From: an uncultured Planctomycetales bacterium
GTDB lineage: Bacteria; Omnitrophota; Gorgyraeia; Gygaellales; Profunditerraquicolaceae
Reading direction: 5' to 3'
Assembly: GCA_964542785.1 (NCBI GenBank)
Contig: CAZIUK010000001.1
Coordinates: 570,862-634,861, forward strand
DNA: 64,000 nucleotides
A program made the position numbers and the translations under genes. Under the pieces are notes generated by a model, which was not told where the DNA came from, did not search any database, and saw nothing but the letters and a program-made list of their open reading frames with translations. How positions within the stretch are numbered: the first letter of the stretch is position 1; every line of letters begins with the position of its first letter. Shown in pieces: positions 9,733-20,453 of the stretch.

Positions 9733-10377
9733 TTATTTAGCTAGAGCAGCTATCTGGTCAAGAAGAATATTAGCTTCAGAATCTGCATCTAAACGTTTAA
9801 ACTTGCCTTGATCTTTATAATAATCAATTAACTCAACAGACTCTTTTCTGTAAACCTCTAAGCGCTTTTTTATAGTCTCTGGCTTATCGTCGCTTCTTTG
9901 GTAAAGAACGCTACCGCACTTATCGCAAATACCATCTTTCTTAGGGGGCATGTTTTTAACATGGTAATTTGCTTGGCATTTAGAACAAACTAACCTTCCT
10001 GATAATCTTTGGATTATAACCTCTTCGCTAGAATCAAGATATACTATCCAATCAACCTCTATGCCTCCAGTTAAAAATATTTCCTCTAATGTCTTTGCCT
10101 GAGCAAGGTTTCTCGGATAACCATCAAGTATAAAGCCCCCTCTTACATCAGCTAAAGAAAACCTCTTCTTTAGCATCTTAGCCATAAGTTCATCTGGGAC
10201 CAATAGCCCACGCTCCATATAATCTTTCGCCTCCTTGCCCAATAAAGTCCCTTCCTTAACATTCTGCCTTAAGATATCTCCAGTAGATATATGAGCTACC
10301 TTTAACTTTTCAGCTAAAGCCTTTGCCTGCGTCCCTTTGCCTGCTCCCGGAGGGCCTAATAAAATAATACGTATCAC
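9733..10377 (-). CDS. adk: Adenylate kinase (zinc-lid type).
   Basis: The product starts MIRIILLGPPGAGKGTQA and has a Cys4 lid (CSKC...CDKC). Confidence 0.95.
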   Translation of the reverse strand: MIRIILLGPPGAGKGTQAKALAEKLKVAHISTGDILRQNVKEGTLLGKEAKDYMERGLLVPDELMAKMLKKRFSLADVRGGFILDGYPRNLAQAKTLEEIFLTGGIEVDWIVYLDSSEEVIIQRLSGRLVCSKCQANYHVKNMPPKKDGICDKCGSVLYQRSDDKPETIKKRLEVYRKESVELIDYYKDQGKFKRLDADSEANILLDQIAALAK

Positions 10378-11732
10378 CTTCTGCTCCTCATCTGCCCGCC
10401 CTTTATAAACCCCTCATAGTGATGGGTTAAAAGATGCGACTCTATCTGTTTTAATGTATCAAGCATAACCCCCACGATAATTAAAATACCTGTGCCCCCA
10501 AAAAATGAAGCTACTAAATAGGGAACTTTAAGCCAAGCCATTATAAAATCAGGGAATATAGCAATAAATGCAATGAAGAGTGCTCCGGCTAAAGTAATCC
10601 TCGTCATTACATAGTCAAGGAACTCTGCTGTCGGTTTGCCTGGCCTTATACCCGGGATAAACCCTCCGTATTTCTTCATATTCTCTGAAAGATCCATAGG
10701 ATTAAATACTATTGCAGTATAAAAATAACAGAAGAAGATAATCAAAAAAGCATAAATAAAGGTATAAAGCAGCTGCCCGCGCATTAAACCTTGAGCCAAC
10801 CTTTGAAATGCCGGATTAGGAATAAAAGAGGCTAATGTCGCTGGAAAAAGAATTATTGACTGAGCAAAGATAATTGCTATAACGCCTGCCGTATCTACCT
10901 TCAAGGGTATATAGGTGGATTGCCCTCCGTATATCTTTCTACCTACAATCCTCCTTGCATACTGCACAGGTATTTTTCTTACCCCCTGAGTAATAAGTAT
11001 TACTGAAAAGACCACCGCTATTAAAAATATACTCATTATTACTAAAGTAAAGGGCTGTATCTGTCTGCGGCTTGCGACAAAAGGAGAAACTAAAATAAAT
11101 AGTTGATGGATAGCTGCAGGGATCCTTGAGATTATGCCTGCAGTAATAATCAAGGATATTCCGTTACCTATCCCTCTCTCCTGAATCTGCTCTCCTAACC
11201 ACATTATAAAGATTGTCCCGGTAGTAAGAGTCAATACCGTAACTATCCTAAACCCCCATCCAGGACTTAAAACTATCTTTAACCCTTCAAAACGCGCAGG
11301 ATTCTCTAACCAAAGGGAGATAAAAAACGATTGTATTATTGCAAGGCCTACGGTACCATAACGAGTAAGCTGGTTAATCTTTTCATACCCGGCCTTACCT
11401 TCTTTAGATATCTTTTCTAAGGCAGGAATAACAGCAGTTAGTAGCTGCATGATTATTGATGAGGATATATAAGGCATTATCCCCAATGCGAATATCGTCA
11501 ATTTCTCCATAGCCCCACCGGAAAACATATTAATTATGCCAAAGATCGTCCCCCCTTGAGTACGCGCTATACGGGCAAAAAACTCCGCTAAAGTCGCTCC
11601 ATCTATGCCGGGAGTGGGTATATAACAACCTACCCTATAAATAATAATTAGTATCCCGGTTATTATAAGACGCTTCTTTAAATCCGGGATCTTAAAAGAA
11701 TTTACTAAAGGACTAAGATCAACTAATGCCAT
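10374..11732 (-). CDS. secY: Preprotein translocase SecY.
   Basis: The 452-aa product has 10 TM segments and conserved SecY motifs, and lies between rplO and adk. Confidence 0.95.
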   Translation of the reverse strand: MALVDLSPLVNSFKIPDLKKRLIITGILIIIYRVGCYIPTPGIDGATLAEFFARIARTQGGTIFGIINMFSGGAMEKLTIFALGIMPYISSSIIMQLLTAVIPALEKISKEGKAGYEKINQLTRYGTVGLAIIQSFFISLWLENPARFEGLKIVLSPGWGFRIVTVLTLTTGTIFIMWLGEQIQERGIGNGISLIITAGIISRIPAAIHQLFILVSPFVASRRQIQPFTLVIMSIFLIAVVFSVILITQGVRKIPVQYARRIVGRKIYGGQSTYIPLKVDTAGVIAIIFAQSIILFPATLASFIPNPAFQRLAQGLMRGQLLYTFIYAFLIIFFCYFYTAIVFNPMDLSENMKKYGGFIPGIRPGKPTAEFLDYVMTRITLAGALFIAFIAIFPDFIMAWLKVPYLVASFFGGTGILIIVGVMLDTLKQIESHLLTHHYEGFIKGGQMRSRR

Positions 11733-12199
11733 TAATTTATAACTTCCGCCTTACCGCCTGAGTTTTTTATATTAAGCGCTGCCTGCTTTGAAAAAGCATG
11801 CGCCTTAACTGTTAAAGAAGATTTTAACTCATAACTTCCTAGAACCTTAACAGGCTTCTCCTTATCTTTTATTAAACCCTTATCTTTAAGGAGCTGTAGA
11901 TCTATAACAGGTTCTTTTAATTTACCAAGCAAATCTAAAGACACAATCTGATAGCGTTTTTTAGATACGTTTACAAACCCTCTTTTCGGAATCCTGCGTA
12001 TAAGCGGAGACTGTCCTCCTTCAAGCCCTGTATAGAAATGCCTGCCTGCACGGGACGTCTGCCCCTTGCTTCCACGAGTAGAGGTTTTGCCATGCCCCGA
12101 GCCTGAACCACGTCCAAGATATTTCCTTTTTTTTCGAGAACCTCGTGGTTTTGATAAATTAAATAAACCTATCACTTTATTAGTATCTATCTTATCCAT
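11732..12199 (-). CDS. rplO: Ribosomal protein L15.
   Basis: The 155-aa product has a G/R-rich N-terminus (GRGSGSGHGKTSTRG). Confidence 0.93.
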   Translation of the reverse strand: MDKIDTNKVIGLFNLSKPRGSRKKRKYLGRGSGSGHGKTSTRGSKGQTSRAGRHFYTGLEGGQSPLIRRIPKRGFVNVSKKRYQIVSLDLLGKLKEPVIDLQLLKDKGLIKDKEKPVKVLGSYELKSSLTVKAHAFSKQAALNIKNSGGKAEVIN

Positions 12200-12204
12200 C
12201 TTTT

Positions 12205-12657
12205 TTAAGATTTAAGGTTTCTTAAGCCATCCATCGTTGCCTTAATTACATTAATCGGGTTATTAGAAGTTAAACATTTTGTCAGTATATCTTTTATGCC
12301 TACGGCTTCGCAAATAGCGCGTACCGGGCCAGCAGCTATAACACCTGTCCCTTCAGAAGCCGGCTTTAACATGACCTTAGCAGCGCCATATTCACCTATA
12401 ATTTCATGAGGTATAGTTGAGCCTTCTAAGGGTACTAAAAAAAGGTTCTTCTTGGCTTTAGTCAAAGACTTTCTAATTGCATCGGCAACTTCATTAGCTT
12501 TATCCAAAGCAAACCCTACCCTGCCTTTTGTATCCCCGACAACAACAAGGGCGCTAAAATGCAACTTCTTGCCTCCTTTGGTAACCTTTGTTACACGGTT
12601 AATAGTAATAACCTTTTCAATTAAATCCGGCTGATGCTCAATGCTTATTTCACGCAT
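12205..12657 (-). CDS. rpsE: Ribosomal protein S5.
   Basis: The 150-aa product has [19 protein letters not shown]. It sits immediately after rplO, so no rpmD/L30 lies between them. Confidence 0.95.
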   Translation of the reverse strand: MREISIEHQPDLIEKVITINRVTKVTKGGKKLHFSALVVVGDTKGRVGFALDKANEVADAIRKSLTKAKKNLFLVPLEGSTIPHEIIGEYGAAKVMLKPASEGTGVIAAGPVRAICEAVGIKDILTKCLTSNNPINVIKATMDGLRNLKS

Positions 12658-12660
12658 ATC

Positions 12661-13020
12661 TTAAAACTCCATTCCGTTTTTTCTTAAAGATTCGGCAAAT
12701 GCCTTAATCCTTCCGTGATAAAGATAGCCTGCGCGGTCAAATACTATCTTAGTTATTCCCTTCTCTTTAACCTTAGAAGCAAAAAAGTTGGCAAACTCCT
12801 CTGCTGCCTTCACATTCCCGGCATTCTTAACTTTTTGCTTAAATTCTTTATTTGCACTAGAAAAGGAGAGGAGAACCTTATTCTCTGTGTCATCAATTAT
12901 TGCCGCGGATAAGTTATTCAAGCTTCTCTTCATCACTAATCTAGGACGCGTTTCAGTCCCTTGCATCCTAATCCTTATCCTGCGGTGCCTTTTAAGCCTT
13001 GAAAGCTCTTTTTTATTCAC
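12661..13020 (-). CDS. rplR: Ribosomal protein L18.
   Basis: The 119-aa product has the LRKNGMEF C-terminus. Confidence 0.93.
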   Translation of the reverse strand: MNKKELSRLKRHRRIRIRMQGTETRPRLVMKRSLNNLSAAIIDDTENKVLLSFSSANKEFKQKVKNAGNVKAAEEFANFFASKVKEKGITKIVFDRAGYLYHGRIKAFAESLRKNGMEF

Positions 13021-13037
13021 TTTATTGTAAACCTCCG

Positions 13038-13589
13038 TTACTTACCTGCACCGGTAGCTTGCGCCTTACCAACCTTCTTCTTTACATGCTCTCCTAAAAA
13101 CCTTATACCTTTTCCCTTATAAGGTTCAGGAGGACAAATAGAACGAATCTCGGTTGAAACCTTTCCGATAAGTTCTTTATCTATTCCTGTAATTATTAAT
13201 TGCGTAGGCTTAGGCACCTCTACCTTAATCCCTTGAGGTATTAAATATGTAACCGGGTGAGAAAACCCTAAATTAAGATTCAAGGTATCTCCTTGTATAG
13301 CTGCCTTAAAACCTACCCCTATAATCTCAAGCTCCTTTTTATAACCTTCTGTTACCCCTTTTACCATATTTACTAATAATGCCCTAGTTAAGCCGTGCAA
13401 AGCCTTATCCATCTTTGTATCTGCGACTCTCTTTACTAAAAGCTGGTCTTCCGCTATCTCTAAAATAATCCTCGGAGACAAAGACATATTTAACTTCCCC
13501 TTAGGACCCTCAACAAAAACAGAACTGTCCTTAACTGTTATCTTTACTTCTTTTGGATAAATAACTGCCTTTTTCCCTAATCTTGACAT
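13038..13589 (-). CDS. rplF: Ribosomal protein L6.
   Basis: The product starts MSRLGKKAVIYPKEVK and is 183 aa. Confidence 0.95.
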   Translation of the reverse strand: MSRLGKKAVIYPKEVKITVKDSSVFVEGPKGKLNMSLSPRIILEIAEDQLLVKRVADTKMDKALHGLTRALLVNMVKGVTEGYKKELEIIGVGFKAAIQGDTLNLNLGFSHPVTYLIPQGIKVEVPKPTQLIITGIDKELIGKVSTEIRSICPPEPYKGKGIRFLGEHVKKKVGKAQATGAGK

Positions 13590-13610
13590 AAAAAACCCCG
13601 ATTTAATAAA

Positions 13611-14006
13611 CTACCAAACATATCCTATAACTTCTCCGCCTAAACCTTGTTCGCGCGCGTCATTATTTGTCATCAACCCCTTAGAAGTAGATACTATTGC
13701 AATCCCCTTTCCCCTTAAAACTATCGGAACTTTTTTATTCCCCACATAGACGCGTAACCCAGGACGAGAGACCTTTTTAATATTCCTTATTGCGGACTTT
13801 CCTGCGGTATATTTCAGGTAAACTCGGGCTATCCCCTGTTTTTTATCCTCAATTAACTTTAAATTTTCTATATACCCTTCGTTTTTAAGTATCACGAGGA
13901 CAGCCTTAATTGTATTAGATAGAGGCACATCCACAATATCTTTTTTAACCATAACCGCGTTTCTTATTATTGTAAAAACATCGGCTATCAAATCGCTCCT
14001 AGACAT
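13611..14006 (-). CDS. rpsH: Ribosomal protein S8.
   Basis: The 131-aa product starts MSRSDLIADVFTIIRNA. Confidence 0.95.
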   Translation of the reverse strand: MSRSDLIADVFTIIRNAVMVKKDIVDVPLSNTIKAVLVILKNEGYIENLKLIEDKKQGIARVYLKYTAGKSAIRNIKKVSRPGLRVYVGNKKVPIVLRGKGIAIVSTSKGLMTNNDAREQGLGGEVIGYVW

Positions 14007-14028
14007 TTATTCTCCTAATCTTTTAAAG

Positions 14029-14214
14029 TTACCAGCTCGCTTTTTTAACCCCAGGTATAGCCCCCTGCCAAACTAATTCTCTAAAGCAAATACGGCAGAG
14101 CTGAAACCTACGTAAATAACCACCTGATCTTCCACAGATGGCGCATCTATTATGCTTACGGGTAGAAAATTTTGGTTTACGACTCCATCGAGCTATTTGT
14201 GAATTTTTTGCCAT
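14029..14214 (-). CDS. rpsZ: Ribosomal protein S14, type Z (zinc-binding, 61 aa).
   Basis: The product has a [20 protein letters not shown] Cys4 motif and lies in the spc cluster between rplE and rpsH. Confidence 0.93.
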   Translation of the reverse strand: MAKNSQIARWSRKPKFSTRKHNRCAICGRSGGYLRRFQLCRICFRELVWQGAIPGVKKASW

Positions 14215-14226
14215 AAATATTAAAGT

Positions 14227-14781
14227 TTAATCTTTTTCTGCCTTAAAAGGCATACCAAACATCTTTAAAAGCGCTACTGCCTCTTCCTTTTTTCTGACAT
14301 TTTTAATAACAAAAGTAATATCCATCCCCTGGGTCCTGGTTAATTTATCGTACTCTATCTCAGGGAATATCCCTTGTTCAGTTAATCCTAAGGTATAATT
14401 TCCTGCCTTATCAAAGGCATTTAATGAAACTCCGCGAAAATCACGAATACGCGGCAAAGCTATACTTATCAACCGGTCCATAAACTCATACATCATACTC
14501 CTGCGCAAAGTAACCTTACAGCCTACAGGCGCTCCCTGTCTAATTTTAAAATTTGCTATAGCTTTTTTAGCTCGGCGCATAACCGGTTTTTGTCCGGATA
14601 TAAGGGCCAACTCATCCATGGCCTTATCCAATATTTTTATATCTTGCAAGGCTTCACCTACCCCCATATTAATAACAATCTTTTCCATTCGCGGGACAGC
14701 AAGCCTATTTTTAATGCTAAACTCTTCCATCATCTGTGGGATTATCTCTCTTCTATATCTTTCTAATAGCCTAGGTATCAT
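14227..14781 (-). CDS. rplE: Ribosomal protein L5.
   Basis: The 184-aa product shows L5 family sequence and synteny. Confidence 0.95.
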   Translation of the reverse strand: MIPRLLERYRREIIPQMMEEFSIKNRLAVPRMEKIVINMGVGEALQDIKILDKAMDELALISGQKPVMRRAKKAIANFKIRQGAPVGCKVTLRRSMMYEFMDRLISIALPRIRDFRGVSLNAFDKAGNYTLGLTEQGIFPEIEYDKLTRTQGMDITFVIKNVRKKEEAVALLKMFGMPFKAEKD

Positions 14782-14782
14782 C

Positions 14783-15094
14783 TTATAGCGCCTCTTTGCA
14801 AGACTTACATATTCTAGATTTTGTCCCGTCTTTTAACTTTTCAAAACCTACCCTTGTCTTACGGTTGCACCCTTTACAAAACAAAGCAATGTTAGATATT
14901 GATATTGGCATCTCAATAGAAACAATGCCACCTTTTTCATCTTGGCGTGTCTGCCTCTTATGTTTTTTAACTAGGTTAATCCCCTCCACAAGAGCTTTTC
15001 CTGAAGATAGGTTTATTCCCAAGACCTTTCCAGACTTACCCCTATCCTTACCTACTGTTACTTCTACTGTATCACCTTTTTTTATCTTAAACAT
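14783..15094 (-). CDS. rplX: Ribosomal protein L24 with a C-terminal Cys4 (CxxC...CxxC) zinc-ribbon-like motif.
   Basis: The product starts MFKIKKGDTVEVTVGKDRGKSGKV (KOW domain). Its C-terminus reads CKGCNRKTRVGF...RICKSCKEAL. Confidence 0.93.
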   Translation of the reverse strand: MFKIKKGDTVEVTVGKDRGKSGKVLGINLSSGKALVEGINLVKKHKRQTRQDEKGGIVSIEMPISISNIALFCKGCNRKTRVGFEKLKDGTKSRICKSCKEAL

Positions 15095-15463
15095 CTATAT
15101 AACCTCAGGGGCTAATGATATAATCTTTGTGAATTTTTTTTCCCTTAATTCCCTTGCTACAGGCCCAAATATACGAGTTCCTCTAGGGTTAGACTGGGCA
15201 TCAATAAAGACTATAGCATTACGATCAAACCTTAAAACAGAGCCATCCTGCCTTCTTATAGGATGCTTAGTCCTTACGATAACCGCCCTTGCCTTTTCCC
15301 CTTTTTTTACTGTTGCTCCGGGAGCAGATTCTTTAACATTAACATTAATAATATCCCCAACAATAGCAAAAAAACAGTTTTTTTTATTCAAAACGCCTAT
15401 CATTGAAGCTTTTTTTGCTCCGGTATTATCCGCAACATCTAATATACTACGAAGCTGGATCAT
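15095..15463 (-). CDS. rplN: Ribosomal protein L14.
   Basis: The product starts [18 protein letters not shown]. Confidence 0.95.
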   Translation of the reverse strand: MIQLRSILDVADNTGAKKASMIGVLNKKNCFFAIVGDIINVNVKESAPGATVKKGEKARAVIVRTKHPIRRQDGSVLRFDRNAIVFIDAQSNPRGTRIFGPVARELREKKFTKIISLAPEVI

Positions 15464-15744
15464 TCTTTTGTCTCCTCAGGTTTCTCTATAATAAAGGTTT
15501 GGGCTTTTTTAACAACCCCTACCACCCTAAATCGCTTATCTTTAGAAAGCGGCCTAGTCTCTTCTATACGTACCGTATCACCCACCTTAGCTAACCCGTC
15601 TTTGTTATCTGCTTTAAACTTATTATAGATCTTAATGATACGCGAATATTTAGGGTGTTTACTCATCTGCATAACACGCACTACTACGGTCTTCTGCATC
15701 TTATCGCTTACTACGATTCCTATATACTCTCTTCTTTTACCCAT
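15460..15744 (-). CDS. rpsQ: Ribosomal protein S17.
   Basis: The 94-aa product sits in the S10-cluster position, with a 4-nt overlap onto rplN. Confidence 0.92.
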   Translation of the reverse strand: MGKRREYIGIVVSDKMQKTVVVRVMQMSKHPKYSRIIKIYNKFKADNKDGLAKVGDTVRIEETRPLSKDKRFRVVGVVKKAQTFIIEKPEETKE

Positions 15745-15745
15745 A

Positions 15746-15949
15746 TTACTCTTCTTTCTTTTGGTTAAGGGCAGTTTTAATACGCGCTATATCTTTTTTA
15801 ATCAAGGAAAAAATATGCGGCTTCTCAACCCTGCCTGCATAACGAGACAAATTAAGTTGGTAGAGTTCATTTTTTAAAGACTTCTCTTTGTCTAAAAGTT
15901 CCTGTTTAGATAAACCCATTAAATCTTTGACCTTTTCTTTTTTTCCCAT
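15746..15949 (-). CDS. rpmC: Ribosomal protein L29.
   Basis: The 67-aa product lies between rplP and rpsQ. Confidence 0.9.
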   Translation of the reverse strand: MGKKEKVKDLMGLSKQELLDKEKSLKNELYQLNLSRYAGRVEKPHIFSLIKKDIARIKTALNQKKEE

Positions 15950-15950
15950 T

Positions 15951-16367
15951 CTACTTATGCACCCTACTTATAAATTTAGTCCTTAGAGGAAGCTTATAGG
16001 CTACTAAACTAAAACACCTACGCGCATATTCTTCTGGGACACCCCCTATCTCGAATAATACCCGACCCCTCTTTATTACTGCAACCCAATGGTCCAAATC
16101 ACCCTTACCCTTACCCATACGCACCTCAGCAGGCTTCTTGGTAATTGATTTATCAGGAAAAACCCTTATCCAAAGCTTCCCTCCCTTATGTAGCTGACGG
16201 GCAATAATAATACGCGCTGCTTCAATCTGGTTATTTTTAATCCAACCATTATCTAAACTTTTTAACCCAAACTCGCCAAAAGCTAAATCTGCTCCCGCAA
16301 TAGCAACACCCCTACGCTTGCCTTTCTGAAGTTTACGGTACTTAACTCTTTTGGGCATTAAGGCCAT
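15951..16367 (-). CDS. rplP: Ribosomal protein L16.
   Basis: The product starts [20 protein letters not shown]. Confidence 0.95.
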   Translation of the reverse strand: MALMPKRVKYRKLQKGKRRGVAIAGADLAFGEFGLKSLDNGWIKNNQIEAARIIIARQLHKGGKLWIRVFPDKSITKKPAEVRMGKGKGDLDHWVAVIKRGRVLFEIGGVPEEYARRCFSLVAYKLPLRTKFISRVHK

Positions 16368-17071
16368 TACTTTGTTTCCTCCGGATCAAAAACATCCTCT
16401 TGTTGGACAGACTCTCCTACAGGCTCTTCTTTTTGTTTCTTTTTACGTAAAATATCACCCTTATATATCCACACTTTTACTCCGATAAGCCCATAAGTAG
16501 TTAAGGCCTCTGCGAAACCATAGTCTATATCGGCGCGCAGTGTCTGCAAAGGAACCTTCCCCTGTTTATACATCTCTGTACGCGACATCTCTGCGCCATT
16601 AAGACGCCCGGAACAAGAGACCCTTATCCCCTTGACTCCGGAGCTAATAGACTGCTCCATGGCCCTTTTAACCGCACGGCGAAAAGCAACCCTCTTTTCT
16701 TGCTGATAAGCAATATTTTCTGCTACTAATTGAGCATCCCAAGCCGGATTTTTTATCTCTTCAATATCAATCGCCACTTCCTGCTTTAACATATTGTTTA
16801 AATCTTCTCTTAATCTCTCAATATCAGCTCCATGCCTTCCGATAATTATCCCCGGCCTAGCAGAGTATATACGGATTTTAATTTTATCCGCAAGCCTCTC
16901 TATAATTATATTAGAAACTGCGGCTTGCTTAAAACGTTTCTTTATAAACTTACGTATCTTATAGTCTTGATGAATAAACTTAGGATAATCCTTAAAATTA
17001 ACAAACCAACGACTGTTCCAGTTTCGTATAAAACCTAACCTTAGTGCTAAGGGACTTACCTTTTGACCCAT
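16367..17071 (-). CDS. rpsC: Ribosomal protein S3.
   Basis: The product starts [13 protein letters not shown], has a KH domain, and is 234 aa. Confidence 0.95.
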   Translation of the reverse strand: MGQKVSPLALRLGFIRNWNSRWFVNFKDYPKFIHQDYKIRKFIKKRFKQAAVSNIIIERLADKIKIRIYSARPGIIIGRHGADIERLREDLNNMLKQEVAIDIEEIKNPAWDAQLVAENIAYQQEKRVAFRRAVKRAMEQSISSGVKGIRVSCSGRLNGAEMSRTEMYKQGKVPLQTLRADIDYGFAEALTTYGLIGVKVWIYKGDILRKKKQKEEPVGESVQQEDVFDPEETK

Positions 17072-17415
17072 TATTTTTTCTCCTGATTTTTTAAATCTAA
17101 TTCTATTACTATATGCGCAGTCCTTTTTAATATCGGCTGAGCCCTGCCAAATGCTGCGGCCCTAAACCTCTTCCACCTCGGACCCGGGTTGCAGGCAATC
17201 CTAGATACATACAACTTCTCAATACCGAAACCTTTAACTTTTGCATTAGCAATAGCGCTTTTCAATATCTTAATCAAATGCTCTCTAGGGCGCTTATTAA
17301 GATTAAAGAGTATACTTACCGCTTCTTTAGCATCTTTGCCTCGAATTAAATCAATAACACTAGAGACCTTTTTCGGGGATAACCTTAAAAAATTTCCTTT
17401 TGCTCTGCTTATCAT
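17071..17415 (-). CDS. rplV: Ribosomal protein L22. I moved the start to the internal Met; the ORF-track start at 17496 would overlap rpsS by 77 nt.
   Basis: MISRAKGNFLRLSPKKVSSVIDLIRGKDAKEAVSILFN aligns with canonical L22 N-termini. With this start the protein is 114 aa and the gene begins 4 nt after the rpsS stop. Confidence 0.88.
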   Translation of the reverse strand: MISRAKGNFLRLSPKKVSSVIDLIRGKDAKEAVSILFNLNKRPREHLIKILKSAIANAKVKGFGIEKLYVSRIACNPGPRWKRFRAAAFGRAQPILKRTAHIVIELDLKNQEKK

Positions 17416-17419
17416 TTTT

Positions 17420-17707
17420 TTAAGTCTTATCAGGGGATTTCTTTGCCTTAACCCCGCCATGCTTTCTAAATACCCTAGTCGGCGCAAACTCTCCAAGTTT
17501 ATGCCCTACCATATTTTCTGTTACAAATACAGGAACGTGCTTCTTGCCGTCATAAACAGCAAAGGTTAGTCCTACAAAATCAGGGATAATAGTTGAACTC
17601 CTTGACCAAGTCTTAATTGCCTGACGAGTCCCTACTTTACGTTGCTTTTCAACCTTTCTTAATAACCTCTCCTCAACAAAGGGGCCTTTTTTTAATGACC
17701 TTGGCAT
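17420..17707 (-). CDS. rpsS: Ribosomal protein S19.
   Basis: The product starts [19 protein letters not shown]. Confidence 0.95.
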   Translation of the reverse strand: MPRSLKKGPFVEERLLRKVEKQRKVGTRQAIKTWSRSSTIIPDFVGLTFAVYDGKKHVPVFVTENMVGHKLGEFAPTRVFRKHGGVKAKKSPDKT

Positions 17708-17710
17708 AGC

Positions 17711-18544
17711 TTAATTCCTTTTTTTTGAAATGAATTTATTAGAATATCTATTAGGTTTCCTTGTCTTATAGCCTTTTGTCGGCTTCCCCCAAGGAGTGGA
17801 TGGGTGGGGATTTCCTTGCGGAGCCTTGCCCTCTCCTCCACCATGTGGATGGTCTATAGGATTCATTGCTACACCCCTAGTTTGAGGCCTAATACCTAAC
17901 CACCTTTTTTTCCCTGCCTTACCTAAATAAAGAGATCTGTGTTCTACGTTACCTATTTGTCCGATAGTAGCATGGCAATCAAGATTAACTAATCTAACCT
18001 CTCCTGAAGGAAGTTTAATATGTGCATAATCCCCCTCCTTAGCTGTAATCTGCGCGCTCGCTCCGGCAGAACGGACAATCTGCCCTCCGCAACCTTTTTT
18101 TAATTCTATATTATGAATCATAGTGCCTGAAGGTATATACCTTAAAAGAAGACAATTCCCAACCGCTATCTCAGCATCTTTACCTTTAGTAGAAATCAAG
18201 GATTGGCCTACAGTTAAACCTACAGGGGCTAAGATATATCTCTTTTCCTTATTAGGATATTCAACCAACGCTATTCGAGAAGAACGGTTAGGGTCATACT
18301 CAATAGCTAATACCTTACAAGGGGTTTCAAATAAATTACGCTTAAAATCAATTATTCTAAGCATACGCTTATGCCTACCTCCACGATGACGTGAAGTAAT
18401 TCTACCGTAAGCATTCCTCCCCCCAGTTCTTTTTAAGGGGGTTAAAAGAGCTTTTTCAGGCTTCTTCTTGGTAATCTCCTTAAAGTCCGGTCCTGTCATT
18501 TTCCGGCGCGAAGGTGTCGTTGGTTTAAAATATTTTATCCCCAT
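17711..18544 (-). CDS. rplB: Ribosomal protein L2.
   Basis: The 277-aa product has a [10 protein letters not shown]-type C-terminal motif. Confidence 0.95.
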   Translation of the reverse strand: MGIKYFKPTTPSRRKMTGPDFKEITKKKPEKALLTPLKRTGGRNAYGRITSRHRGGRHKRMLRIIDFKRNLFETPCKVLAIEYDPNRSSRIALVEYPNKEKRYILAPVGLTVGQSLISTKGKDAEIAVGNCLLLRYIPSGTMIHNIELKKGCGGQIVRSAGASAQITAKEGDYAHIKLPSGEVRLVNLDCHATIGQIGNVEHRSLYLGKAGKKRWLGIRPQTRGVAMNPIDHPHGGGEGKAPQGNPHPSTPWGKPTKGYKTRKPNRYSNKFISKKRN

Positions 18545-18550
18545 ATTTTC

Positions 18551-18829
18551 TTAAGATAAAGTAATCTTTTGCCCTTCTTTTAACGTGACCACGGCTTTTT
18601 TAGAGCTCGCAGTCCTACCTAAATGATAACGCACTCTTTTTAATTTACCGGAAGAAACAAAAGTATTTACTTGGCTTACCTTTACTTTATAAAGCTCTTC
18701 TATCGCTTTTTTAATCTGTATTTTATTAGCCCCGGTATTAACCAAAAAAAGGTATTTTCTCTGCGGTTCATATAGAGTTGACTTCTCCGTACGTATCAAA
18801 GCTTTTATTATATCCTGAGCGTAGTTCAT
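18551..18829 (-). CDS. rplW: Ribosomal protein L23.
   Basis: The 92-aa product lies between rplD and rplB. Confidence 0.9.
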   Translation of the reverse strand: MNYAQDIIKALIRTEKSTLYEPQRKYLFLVNTGANKIQIKKAIEELYKVKVSQVNTFVSSGKLKRVRYHLGRTASSKKAVVTLKEGQKITLS

Positions 18830-19476
18830 TTTTTAAGCCTATCTATTAATTTATTTAAAGCTACCTTGGTAATTATTATTTTTTTGCTTTTTAATACCTC
18901 GTAGGCATTGGTATTCTGAGAAAGATTAAAATCAAGAAAATCTATATTTCTTAAAGCAAGTCTTAAAGGGACATCAATTTTATCTAAAAGCAAAAGTAGT
19001 TTTGCTTGTCTCTTAAGCTTATTAATTAGCTTAAGATTAGAGAGAATATTCATAGCCTCTTTTACTTTTGGCTTATCAAGTTTAAAGGTATCTAATACTA
19101 TAAAATTATTTTCTCTTACCTTGGCATTTAAACTTGATATTAAAGCAAGCCGCTTAATCTTCTCCGGTACTGTATAGGAAAAATCTCTTGGGAGAGGCCC
19201 AAAGGTAACCCCACCATGCTTCCATAAAGGAGAACGGGATGAACCTACCCGTGCCCTACCCGTACCTTTCTGCTTCCAAGGTTTTTTGCCTCCTCCAGAG
19301 ACCTCACCCCTGGTTTTCGTAGAAGCAAGCCCTTTCCTACTATTAGCCCTATAGAGGTTAACAGCCTGATAAATAGCATCTGAATTTACGACACCATTAA
19401 AAACCGATGAATTCAAATTAAAGGTATCAACCTCTTTTCCCTCTAAGTTATAAATTGGCAGTGCTTTGGCTTCCAT
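18826..19476 (-). CDS. rplD: Ribosomal protein L4.
   Basis: The 216-aa product contains KPWKQKGTGRAR. Confidence 0.93.
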   Translation of the reverse strand: MEAKALPIYNLEGKEVDTFNLNSSVFNGVVNSDAIYQAVNLYRANSRKGLASTKTRGEVSGGGKKPWKQKGTGRARVGSSRSPLWKHGGVTFGPLPRDFSYTVPEKIKRLALISSLNAKVRENNFIVLDTFKLDKPKVKEAMNILSNLKLINKLKRQAKLLLLLDKIDVPLRLALRNIDFLDFNLSQNTNAYEVLKSKKIIITKVALNKLIDRLKK

Positions 19477-19479
19477 ATA

Positions 19480-20139
19480 TTACTTTTTTACCTTCTTCTC
19501 TTGCGCTACAGACATTTTAGGTGTTTTATTTAATTTCTTCTTAGCCTTCCTAATAACGAGATACCCATTCTTAGCACCCGGAACAGCTCCTTTTATTAAA
19601 AGTATATTATTATCTATATCAATCTTTATCACTTTTAAATTTTGTAACGTAACTTTCTTATTGCCCATATGCCCAGGCATATGAAACCCCTTCCAAACTC
19701 TTCCCGGAGTAGAAGTAGCTCCTATAGAACCTACCCTGCGATGGGAAGTAGAACCATGCGTCTGAGGTCCGCCGCTCCAATTCCAGCGCTTCATCCCTCC
19801 CTGAAACCCTTTCCCAATAGATACGCCCGTCACATCCACATAATCTCCCGGAGAAAAGATATCGACCTTAAGCTCATCTCCAATTTTATATTCCTTAGAA
19901 GCAACCTTTGGAAACTCTTTAATCAACCTTTTACAAGGCATATTAATCTTTTTAAAAAAACCTGAGAGTGGCTTTGTAAGGCGCTTTTCATTAACATCAT
20001 CAAAACCTAACTGAAGACTCTTATCCTTTACCGATAAAACCAAACAAGGCCCTGCCTCTACAACGGTAACACTTACCATAGCGCCGTCATCGGTAAAAAC
20101 CTGAGTCATCCCTATTTTTTTGCCTAAAATCCCAATCAT
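19480..20139 (-). CDS. rplC: Ribosomal protein L3.
   Basis: The product starts [15 protein letters not shown]. Confidence 0.95.
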   Translation of the reverse strand: MIGILGKKIGMTQVFTDDGAMVSVTVVEAGPCLVLSVKDKSLQLGFDDVNEKRLTKPLSGFFKKINMPCKRLIKEFPKVASKEYKIGDELKVDIFSPGDYVDVTGVSIGKGFQGGMKRWNWSGGPQTHGSTSHRRVGSIGATSTPGRVWKGFHMPGHMGNKKVTLQNLKVIKIDIDNNILLIKGAVPGAKNGYLVIRKAKKKLNKTPKMSVAQEKKVKK

Positions 20140-20444
20140 TTTATCTCTACATCTACCCCTGCCGGCAAATTTAGCTTTCTCAATGAATCAATGGTTTTTG
20201 CCGTAGGATCAAAAATATCAATAAGCCTCTTATGAGTTGAGAGCTCAAATTGCTCACGAGACTTTTTATTAATAACAGGAGAGCGTAAAACAGTATATAC
20301 TTGCCTTTTCTTAGGTAGAGGTACAGGACCAGAGATCTTAACCCCAGTCCTTTTTACCGTCTCAACAATCTCTACAACCGCCTGATCTAAAAGCCTATGG
20401 TCGTAAGCCTTTAATTTTATGCGTATCTTCTGCTCTTTTGACAT
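20136..20444 (-). CDS. rpsJ: Ribosomal protein S10.
   Basis: The product starts [20 protein letters not shown]. The gene begins 9 nt downstream of tuf. Confidence 0.95.
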   Translation of the reverse strand: MSKEQKIRIKLKAYDHRLLDQAVVEIVETVKRTGVKISGPVPLPKKRQVYTVLRSPVINKKSREQFELSTHKRLIDIFDPTAKTIDSLRKLNLPAGVDVEIK

Positions 20445-20453
20445 ATGCTCTCT

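Noticed and set aside
14796-15491. A 231-aa plus-strand ORF, with many other plus-strand ORFs in the track (for example 29683..30231, 20698..21168, 25234..25545, 44674..45093).
   Set aside because: All of them lie antisense to strongly supported minus-strand genes (rplX/rplN, rpoB, tuf, rpoC, accD). Their products are low-complexity (Ser/Pro/Leu-rich) with no recognisable motifs, which is typical of shadow ORFs in AT-skewed frames.
17416-17496. The ORF-track N-terminal extensions of L22 (to 17496), S12 (to 24697), L11 (to 34250), FeoA (to 60876) and FeoB (to 60638).
   Set aside because: The extended starts overlap the preceding gene by 17-77 nt. In the FeoB case the track start is a TTG codon. 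Internal ATGs reproduce the canonical family N-termini and have RBS or stop-start coupling.
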